DNA of 64,000 nucleotides from contig CAIJLX010000022.1 of the NCBI GenBank assembly GCA_903821695.1, forward strand, positions 12,406-76,405, in the 5' to 3' direction. The position numbers and the translations under genes are program-made. Origin of the DNA: an uncultured Alphaproteobacteria bacterium (GTDB lineage Bacteria > Pseudomonadota > Alphaproteobacteria > Rickettsiales > CAIJLX01). Under the pieces are notes generated by a model. That model was given only the letters and a program-made list of their open reading frames with translations, did not search any database and had not been told where the DNA came from. Below are positions 56,711 through 64,000 of this stretch, piece after piece (within the stretch, counting starts at the first letter, position 1; each line of letters starts with the position of its first letter).

Positions 56711-59089
56711 ATGACCCAAGATCTCCTTATCCAGGCAGCTCAAGCCGAAAAAGCCAATAATCTTATCCAAGCTGATAAGTTATATGATGAGGCGCTCGCC
56801 AAAAACACCAATTATGAAACACTCATCGCAAGCTATCGCGTTGCCAAAAAATTGGGTAACCATCAAAAGGCAGCGAATGTTTTAGAAGCAGCATATCGGC
56901 TGCAACCTTCCCATAACCTCCGATTTGAACTGGCGGTTGCTTATCTGGATGCAGGCAAATTAAATGCCGCTGAAGAAATTGCCAGAGAAGGCTTAAAAAA
57001 GAAGCCCAAAGATTTTGGATTGGCGAATGCCTATGGTGTTATTTTGAAGCGACTGGGTCGCAGCGAAGAAGCCATCGAATATTTTCTGCTAGCAGCAAAA
57101 ATAGAAGGAACCAATTCCTCACCGCCAGTGAATCTCGGCAACACCTATATGATGGTGAATAAGCCCGCGAAGGCGGTGGAGTGGTTTAGCAAAGCTACCC
57201 GCCTTAACCCGAAAGATGGTGAAAATTTCCGTCTATTAGCAAACGCCCATATCCGGTTGGGAGATTATCCGAAAGGAATTTCGACTTTAGAACAAGCACT
57301 CGTGCGCTCTCCTAAAAACATCAAGGCGCGTATCGATATTTTTGGCATTTATTTAAAGGACAAAGATTACAGTGCGGCACTGCATCAACTTGAACTAGGG
57401 TTTCAAAGCTTCCCCAATCACCCCCTTTTAATCCGCAATAAAGTGATTCTCCTGCGCCGTATGGGTCAGCATGATGAAGCGTTGCAGTTGCTAGAAGAGC
57501 TATTGAAGCAAGAGCCAAACAATGATGAAACCTTGGCGGCACTGGGCGATCTTTACTACCAATCCTTAGGCAATCGGGAGAAGGCAAATTTTTATTATAA
57601 CAAGGCACTGCTGAGCAATCCGCAGAATTTTAATGCAGCGGCTCAATATTGCGAATGCTTGCTCAATAGCCGTTATGGCAGCGAGGCGGAGCATATTGCA
57701 AAGGCCTATGAAGTTGCCTGCAACTTGCTCGAAAACCAAGTTGATACATTAAAAATTGCGGCTTCGGTACAGGGCATTTTTTTGCGGCTTCTTGATTATG
57801 ACCGTCTTGCTCAATTGGGCGATCGTAAGAAATTATTGAGTTATTGGTTAACGCAAATGAATGTGGGCGAATTGCATAATCAGCTGGGTCGCGTGCAAAC
57901 AATTGAAGATAGGCTTGAACTTGTTTCCATGCACCGTGCGTGGGGTGATAAAATAGATGCTATAGCCGCCAAGAATCCGATTATACGGCATAGCTCGCCT
58001 CACTCCTCCGACAAAATACGCATCGGGATTATGTCTTCGGATTTGCGTAACCATCCGGTAACGTATTTTGTACTGCCGATTTTGAAATATTATGACCGCA
58101 GTAAGTTTGAGCTCTATTGCTATTCGTTCTATCAAAAAGAAGCGGACATGATGCAGCAGAAAATTGTTGAGATGGTCGATAGTTTTAATTTAATGCCCTA
58201 TGCGACAGATCAGGCCGTGGCGCAAAAAATAGCCGATGATAAAATTGATATTTTGTTCGAGCTTGGCGGCACCACATTAATGAATAAAATCGAAGTCTGT
58301 TCCTATCGCCCTGCGCCTATTCAAGTAAGCTGGCTTGGCTATCCGCATTCGAGTGGCCTCAGCACCATCGATTATATTTTGGTCGATCCATATATCAACC
58401 CTGAGCAGCCTGGATTGCTGATCGAAAGACCGTTCCTCTTGCCTGAAAGCTGGGTCAGCTTAGACGAGCTCGGTTTTTATGACATACCCATTGAACCGGG
58501 CATACCGGAGCAGAAAAATGGCTGGGTCACTTTTGGCACCGCCAACAACCCCTATAAATATACACCCAAATGTTTCGAGACATGGGCAGCGATTATGCGC
58601 CAGGTTCCGAATTCCCGCTTCCTGTTTATCCGCCCGGAAGGTGACGTTGAATATTTCAAACAAAATGCGATTGGCCATTTTACCAAGCATGGCATCGAAG
58701 CAGAGCGTATTGTCTTCTCGCCAATACGTGGCAAGCATATGCCACATTATAACAAAATTGATATCGCTCTTGACCCCTTCCCGCACGTCGGCGGCACGAC
58801 AACCTGCGAAGCCCTCTGGATGGGTGTGCCGACGATTACCTTGGTTGGCCCCGCCTTTTTTGAGCGCCTAAGTTATAGCAATTTGAGCAATGCAGGCTTA
58901 GGTGAATGTTGTGCATTTGACCTCGATTCCTATATCAGCAAAGCAGTGACACTTGCCAATGACCCAGAAAAAAGGCTTTATTTACGCCATCATTTACGCC
59001 AGCAGATTTCGGAAAACCCATTAGGGCAACCCGAACGCTTCGTAAGAAATTTTGAACAGAAGATTTTAGAAATAATGGGGAAAGCATGA
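56711..59089 (+). CDS. TPR-repeat GT41 (OGT/SPINDLY-like) protein glycosyltransferase
   Basis: Multiple TPRs, then RIGIMSSDLRNHPV, RPAPIQVSWLGYP.SSGL, FG..NN..K, DPFP..GGTTTCEALWMGVP. Confidence 0.88.
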   Translation: MTQDLLIQAAQAEKANNLIQADKLYDEALAKNTNYETLIASYRVAKKLGNHQKAANVLEAAYRLQPSHNLRFELAVAYLDAGKLNAAEEIAREGLKKKPKDFGLANAYGVILKRLGRSEEAIEYFLLAAKIEGTNSSPPVNLGNTYMMVNKPAKAVEWFSKATRLNPKDGENFRLLANAHIRLGDYPKGISTLEQALVRSPKNIKARIDIFGIYLKDKDYSAALHQLELGFQSFPNHPLLIRNKVILLRRMGQHDEALQLLEELLKQEPNNDETLAALGDLYYQSLGNREKANFYYNKALLSNPQNFNAAAQYCECLLNSRYGSEAEHIAKAYEVACNLLENQVDTLKIAASVQGIFLRLLDYDRLAQLGDRKKLLSYWLTQMNVGELHNQLGRVQTIEDRLELVSMHRAWGDKIDAIAAKNPIIRHSSPHSSDKIRIGIMSSDLRNHPVTYFVLPILKYYDRSKFELYCYSFYQKEADMMQQKIVEMVDSFNLMPYATDQAVAQKIADDKIDILFELGGTTLMNKIEVCSYRPAPIQVSWLGYPHSSGLSTIDYILVDPYINPEQPGLLIERPFLLPESWVSLDELGFYDIPIEPGIPEQKNGWVTFGTANNPYKYTPKCFETWAAIMRQVPNSRFLFIRPEGDVEYFKQNAIGHFTKHGIEAERIVFSPIRGKHMPHYNKIDIALDPFPHVGGTTTCEALWMGVPTITLVGPAFFERLSYSNLSNAGLGECCAFDLDSYISKAVTLANDPEKRLYLRHHLRQQISENPLGQPERFVRNFEQKILEIMGKA

Positions 59090-59856
59090 AAGCAGTAATC
59101 CTAGCTGGCGGAAAAGGCACCCGCATCACCGAAGAGTCCGCCACCCGTCCAAAACCGATGATCGAGATCGGCGGCATGCCTATCCTTTGGCACATCATGA
59201 AAATTTACTCCAAACATGGCGTAAACGATTTTGTTATTTGCCTTGGCTATAAGGGATATATCATCAAAGAATATTTCGCGAATTATGTTCGTCACCAATC
59301 CGACATCACCATCGACCTCACCAAAAACAAAATCGAATATCATTCCGGCAAAGCCGAGCCTTGGCGCATCACGTTAGTCGATACGGGTGAAGAAACCCAA
59401 ACCGGCGGACGCATCAAACGTGTGCAGAAATATTTAGATAAAAACAAACCCTTCTGCCTCACCTATGGTGACGGCGTTTCGGATGTAAATATCAAAGCCC
59501 TCATCGCCCATCACAAAAAAGAAAAACGGGCGGCGACTGTCACCGCCGTTCAACCTTCCGGCCGTTTCGGCGCATTGGTAACACAAGGAAATAAAGTAAC
59601 CTCGTTCGTCGAAAAACCAAAAGGCGATGGTGGTATTATTAATGGCGGCTTCTTCGTACTCGAACCGGAAGTGATCAAATACATAAAAGACGACACCACC
59701 ATCTGGGAAAATGATCCGCTCGAAACACTCGCCACCCGTGGCCAACTCACCGCCTATAAACATTCCGGCTTCTGGCAACCGATGGACACCATGCGCGATA
59801 AAAATCACCTCGAGCAACTCTGGGCAACCGGCAAAGCCCCATGGAAAATATGGTAA
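59086..59856 (+). CDS. rfbF: Glucose-1-phosphate cytidylyltransferase
   Basis: LAGGKGTRI.EE....PKPM, TQTGGR, TYGDGV, INGGFF, GFWQPMDT.RD. Confidence 0.95.
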   Translation: MKAVILAGGKGTRITEESATRPKPMIEIGGMPILWHIMKIYSKHGVNDFVICLGYKGYIIKEYFANYVRHQSDITIDLTKNKIEYHSGKAEPWRITLVDTGEETQTGGRIKRVQKYLDKNKPFCLTYGDGVSDVNIKALIAHHKKEKRAATVTAVQPSGRFGALVTQGNKVTSFVEKPKGDGGIINGGFFVLEPEVIKYIKDDTTIWENDPLETLATRGQLTAYKHSGFWQPMDTMRDKNHLEQLWATGKAPWKIW

Positions 59857-60896
59857 GTAATTTCTGGCAGAATAAGAAGGTATTACTCACCGGCCACACC
59901 GGCTTCAAAGGGGTGTGGGCTGCGTTATGGCTAAAACAGATGGGCGCCTCCGTCACCGGCATCGCCCTCGAACCAGACAATAAATTTTACGACATTATGA
60001 ACCACCTACCCGGCATCAAAAATCATACTTGCGATATCCGAGACCGCAAAGCACTTCTTCCCATCTTAAAAGAGGCCGCCCCCGATATAGTGATCCACAT
60101 GGCCGCTCAATCCTTGGTCCGGAAATCTTACCACGATCCACTTACCACGTTCGAAACCAACATCCTCGGCACTGCCAATATCTTATATCTCTTGCGCGAA
60201 CTCCCTACCCCGCCGCAAGTCGTCTTGGTCATCACCAGCGACAAAGTTTACGAAAATACAGAGACTGGAATTCCGCTCAAAGAAACCGACCGCTTCGGTG
60301 GCGATGATCCCTATAGTGCCTCCAAAGCCTGCACCGAAATCGTCACCGCTTCGATGCGCAAAAGCTATTTCAAAGATACCATCGTCGCGACCGCCAGAGC
60401 TGGTAATGTTATCGGCGGCGGCGATTGGTCTGAAGATCGCTTGATCCCCGATATCATCCGGAGCCTCGAAAACAATACACCCTTTACTCTACGCAACCCG
60501 AACTCCACTCGCCCATGGCAACATGTGCTCGATGTATTACATGGCTATTTCGTCTATATCGAAGCCCTCGCCCAGAAAAAAGAAATCCCCCTCTCCCTCA
60601 ATTTCGGCCCATCTGATGAGGCCTGCATCCCCGCCGGCGAGATCGTAAGCAAAATGGAAAAAGCATTAGGCAGCACCCCACGCAAAGAAGCTAGCGCGCC
60701 TTCCACCCTCGCTGAAAAGACATTATTGCATCTTGATTCGAGCCTCGCTGCCAAAGCCCTAAAATGGCGCCCCAAGCTCTCAATCGATGAATCCATTAAC
60801 TGGACTGCAAGCTGGTATGCCGCCTATTTAAAAGGCGAAGATATGAAGGCTTTCTCACTCCAACAACTCACCGCCCATGAAAGTTTACGCCCATGA
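59841..60896 (+). CDS. rfbG: CDP-glucose 4,6-dehydratase
   Basis: TGHTGFKG.W, H.AAQ.LVR.SY.DP, TSDKVY, DPYSASK, RAGNVIGGGDW, RPWQHVL. Confidence 0.94.
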   Translation: MENMVSNFWQNKKVLLTGHTGFKGVWAALWLKQMGASVTGIALEPDNKFYDIMNHLPGIKNHTCDIRDRKALLPILKEAAPDIVIHMAAQSLVRKSYHDPLTTFETNILGTANILYLLRELPTPPQVVLVITSDKVYENTETGIPLKETDRFGGDDPYSASKACTEIVTASMRKSYFKDTIVATARAGNVIGGGDWSEDRLIPDIIRSLENNTPFTLRNPNSTRPWQHVLDVLHGYFVYIEALAQKKEIPLSLNFGPSDEACIPAGEIVSKMEKALGSTPRKEASAPSTLAEKTLLHLDSSLAAKALKWRPKLSIDESINWTASWYAAYLKGEDMKAFSLQQLTAHESLRP

Positions 60897-62119
60897 GTTT
60901 TCACTGCCGTTTCTGCAATACACTGCTCAAAAACACCTTCGTTGACTTGGGTTCAACACCACTCGCCAATAGCTATTTGCCAACCGCAGATGCACCTGAC
61001 CAATCCTATCCATTGCATGTTTATGTGTGCAGTAAATGCTACCTCGTGCAACTGCACCACACCGTCTCGCCAGAAAATATTTTTGGCCATTACGCTTACT
61101 TCTCTTCCTACTCCAGCAGCTGGCTCGAACACGCTACTCGCTTCTGCGACAAAATGAAAAAACGCCTGTCGCTAAATTCTTCCAGCAAGGTCGTAGAAAT
61201 CGCGAGTAATGATGGTTATCTGCTAAAGAATTTCGTCGCCGCAAACATCCCATGCCTCGGCGTTGAACCTGCCAAAAATGTCGCCGAAGTTGCTATCGCC
61301 AACGGTGTACCAACTGAGGTTGTTTTCTTCGGCAAAGCATCTGCCCAAGCACTCAAAGATAAAGGCCATGCTGCTGATCTAATCGCTGCTAATAACGTGC
61401 TCGCGCATGTACCCGATCTGAATGATTTTGTCGGTGGCTTTAAAGTGCTGCTCAAACCAGATGGCGTCATTTCCGTTGAGTGCCCACACTTGCTCAAACT
61501 CATCCAGCAAAACCAATTCGACACCATTTATCACGAGCATTATTCCTATTACTCCCTACTCACATTAGAAAAAATATTCGCCGCCCATGGCCTAGAAATT
61601 TTCGATGTAGAAGAACTCCCCACCCATGGTGGCAGCCTACGTATTTTTGCCTCGCATGCTGGCAAACCTCGTTGGCCTTCCTCGCCTGCTTTTGCGAAAG
61701 TGAAGCAAGATGAAAAACATGCAATGCTAGATAGCCTCGCTGGCTATGAAGGCTTCAGCAAACAAGTCAAAACTGTATGCGATGGTTTACTCACCTTTCT
61801 CAAACAGGAAAAGACAAAAGGTAAAAAAATTGCCGCCTATGGTGCAGCCGCAAAAGGTAATACCTTGCTCAATGTCTGTGGTATCAACACTGATTTAATT
61901 AGCTTCGTAGTCGATAAAAATACCGCCAAACAAAATCACTTTTTACCCGGCAGTAAAATCCCGATTTTTGGCCCCGAAAAAGTCTTTGCTGAAAAGCCTG
62001 ATTATCTCGTAATCTTACCTTGGAATATTGCCGAAGAAGTGCGCGAACAGATGAAAGATATTCGCAGCTGGGGCGGAAAATTTGTGACCGCCATTCCGCA
62101 ATTAAGGGTGTATGAATAA
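60893..62119 (+). CDS. NDP-hexose 3-C-methyltransferase (SAM- and Zn-dependent)
   Basis: Zn site CRFC...C..C..VQL; EIASNDG, NNVLAHV, IYHEH, HGGSLR, YGAAAKG.T. Confidence 0.88.
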   Translation: MSFHCRFCNTLLKNTFVDLGSTPLANSYLPTADAPDQSYPLHVYVCSKCYLVQLHHTVSPENIFGHYAYFSSYSSSWLEHATRFCDKMKKRLSLNSSSKVVEIASNDGYLLKNFVAANIPCLGVEPAKNVAEVAIANGVPTEVVFFGKASAQALKDKGHAADLIAANNVLAHVPDLNDFVGGFKVLLKPDGVISVECPHLLKLIQQNQFDTIYHEHYSYYSLLTLEKIFAAHGLEIFDVEELPTHGGSLRIFASHAGKPRWPSSPAFAKVKQDEKHAMLDSLAGYEGFSKQVKTVCDGLLTFLKQEKTKGKKIAAYGAAAKGNTLLNVCGINTDLISFVVDKNTAKQNHFLPGSKIPIFGPEKVFAEKPDYLVILPWNIAEEVREQMKDIRSWGGKFVTAIPQLRVYE

Positions 62120-62649
62120 TGCGTTTTGAAAAAACGGATATTGAAGGATTACTTTTAATTGAGCCAGAACGGCATACCGATAATCGCGGCTATTTCGCCC
62201 GCAGTTTTTGTGAAGAGGAATTGCAACAACAAGGCATTCCATTTCACATCCGTCAATCCAGCGTTTCGTTCAATCCACAACAAGGTACATTGCGTGGTAT
62301 GCACTTCCAACTCCACCCAAAACCGGAAGCGAAAATTGTCCGCTGCGTTCGGGGCAAGGCATTTGATGTCGTCATTGATTTAAGAAAAAATTCGAACACT
62401 TATTTGCGCTGGGTCGGCATGGAGCTTTCCGAAAAAAATGGTTCGAGTTTTTATATTCCAGTAGGGTGCGCTCACGGCTTTCTGACACTGCAACCTGATA
62501 CCGAAATGCTCTATATGATGGATATGGATTATGATGCTGCTAGCTCTGGTGGTGTGCGTTGGGATGACAAAGCATTTGGCATCAAGTGGCCTTCGCAACC
62601 AACGTTGATGTCGGATAAAGATGCCTCCTGGCCGGATTATGTCCGATAA
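62119..62649 (+). CDS. rfbC: RmlC/RfbC-family NDP-4-keto-6-deoxyhexose 3,5-epimerase
   Basis: D.RG.F, GTLRGMH.Q, E.K.VRC..G...DV..DLR, GCAHGF.TL, W.D. Confidence 0.9.
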   Translation: MRFEKTDIEGLLLIEPERHTDNRGYFARSFCEEELQQQGIPFHIRQSSVSFNPQQGTLRGMHFQLHPKPEAKIVRCVRGKAFDVVIDLRKNSNTYLRWVGMELSEKNGSSFYIPVGCAHGFLTLQPDTEMLYMMDMDYDAASSGGVRWDDKAFGIKWPSQPTLMSDKDASWPDYVR

Positions 62650-63538
62650 GATTATTTTGCTCACAGGAGCTTCCGGCTTTATTGGCCGGCATGTAGTAAC
62701 ACCTTTGCTTGAACGTGGTTATACGATTCACGCTATCACCCATACAAAACAGCCCTCAAAAGAAGTCATTTGGCATAATGCCGATCTACTAAATGCAAAA
62801 GAGCACCGGCAGATTATTGAGAAAATTCACCCACATTCTCTGCTGCATCTTGCCTGGTATGTGGAGCATGGAAAATTTTGGAATGCTCCAGAGAATGTAC
62901 TCTGGCAAGATGCGAGTATTGATCTATTTTCTTATGCAAAAACAGTGGGTGTTAAACGCCTGGTCAGCATCGGTACGTGCGCCGAATATGATTGGAATAG
63001 GAAGGATACAACGCCATTTAAAGAGAGCGATCCATGCCTTCCCCACACTCTCTATGGAAAGGCGAAATTGAGCGTATTTGAATCACTAAAATCGACGTAC
63101 ACCAATTTTGCTTGGGGTCGAATTTTCCATCTCTTTGGTAAGAGGGAACATACAGATCGACTCGTCTCTTCCGTGATTCATGCGCTCAAAAATGATCAGC
63201 CTGCTAAATGCACCTCGGGCAAACAAGTGCAGGATTTTATGGATGTTCAAGATGTCGGTGCAGCGATTGCTGCGTTGCTTGATTCGGAAGTGACAGGTCC
63301 TGTTAATATTGCTTCTGGCAAGGGAACTTCAGTTGCAGAAATGGCACTGATGATTGGTCGCTTGATGCAGAAAGAAAACTTGGTTCAATTAAATGCATTA
63401 CCAGATCGACCAGATACGCCTGCCTATATTGTAGCCGATATCGAACGCTTAAAACGTGAAGTAAGATTTACGCCTAGTTTTTCATTGGAAGAAAGATTGG
63501 CCCAATTGATAATCCCCGGCTCCGAGCTTGTAGTTTGA
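62639..63538 (+). CDS. NAD(P)-dependent sugar 4-ketoreductase/epimerase (SDR)
   Basis: TGASGFIG, HLAW, GTCAEY, YGKAK, W.RIF; start at ATG 62639. Confidence 0.85.
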   Translation: MSDKIILLTGASGFIGRHVVTPLLERGYTIHAITHTKQPSKEVIWHNADLLNAKEHRQIIEKIHPHSLLHLAWYVEHGKFWNAPENVLWQDASIDLFSYAKTVGVKRLVSIGTCAEYDWNRKDTTPFKESDPCLPHTLYGKAKLSVFESLKSTYTNFAWGRIFHLFGKREHTDRLVSSVIHALKNDQPAKCTSGKQVQDFMDVQDVGAAIAALLDSEVTGPVNIASGKGTSVAEMALMIGRLMQKENLVQLNALPDRPDTPAYIVADIERLKREVRFTPSFSLEERLAQLIIPGSELVV

Positions 63539-64000
63539 ACGTCACCCGTACGTATGATGTTATCATAATCGGTGCCGGTGCCGCCGGGCTGATGTGCGCC
63601 ATTGAAGCAGGTAAGCGTGGACGCAGTGTATTGGTGTTAGACCATGCCACCAAGCCCGCAGAAAAAATCCGGATCTCTGGCGGTGGCAGATGCAACTTCA
63701 CGAACATTCACACCACCCCCAAAAACTTCCTCTCCCAAAATCTTCATTTTTGCGTATCTGCATTGAGTCGCTACACGCCGAAAGACTTCATCTCCCTCGT
63801 CAACAAACACAACATCGCCTATCACGAAAAAACTCTAGGCCAGCTTTTCTGTGATAGATCCTCCCGCCAAATCATCGATATGTTGCTAGCCGAATGCGCC
63901 GCTGTAAATGTAGCCATCCAACTAAATACTAGTATCCGCAATATCGCTAAAACCGAAGTCGGATTTACCCTTACTACAGATGACAACAACTTCTCCTGCC
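63535..64000 (+). CDS. HI0933/YhiN (BaiN) family flavoprotein (3' truncated by window edge)
   Basis: TTG start overlapping the previous stop; DVIIIGAGAAG, KIRISGGGRCNFTN, GQLF. Confidence 0.9.
   Translation, partial: MNVTRTYDVIIIGAGAAGLMCAIEAGKRGRSVLVLDHATKPAEKIRISGGGRCNFTNIHTTPKNFLSQNLHFCVSALSRYTPKDFISLVNKHNIAYHEKTLGQLFCDRSSRQIIDMLLAECAAVNVAIQLNTSIRNIAKTEVGFTLTTDDNNFSC

Noticed and set aside
1-64000. tRNA, rRNA, IS/transposase, prophage or integrase-borne island
   Set aside because: The few intergenic gaps were read and show no cloverleaf or rRNA motifs. The only recombinase is a housekeeping-type XerC.

Overview
This is a compact, gene-dense window from a flagellated alphaproteobacterium. 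It is mostly housekeeping: rnd, ilvE, map, uvrB, pdxH, coq7, dsbB, rne, trpEGDC, petABC, rnj, coaX, birA, nuoI/J/K/L/M/N, xerC, ribF, lspA, pgi, mutL and the F0 atp operon. It also holds a sigma54-driven fliK-flgD-flgE operon, two RTX-type proteins and a surface-glycan region at the right end. No rRNA, tRNA, CRISPR array, transposase or phage gene was found. The notable items are five. (1) A ~600-bp csrA islet (CsrA is rare in Alphaproteobacteria) with a structured leader carrying GGA loops, a small ORF and its own terminator, located where nuoH would normally precede nuoI. (2) A TPR/SPINDLY-like GT41 transferase coupled to a CDP-3-C-methyl-6-deoxysugar cassette. (3) An outer-membrane beta-barrel plus an MshEN (c-di-GMP)-GT2 synthase appended to the ATP synthase F0 operon. 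(4) An ELM1-family gene wedged into the complex I operon. (5) Key-residue substitutions in BirA, NuoL, a QueD homologue and Wzc. All family assignments come from recognising motifs by eye; no database search was run.
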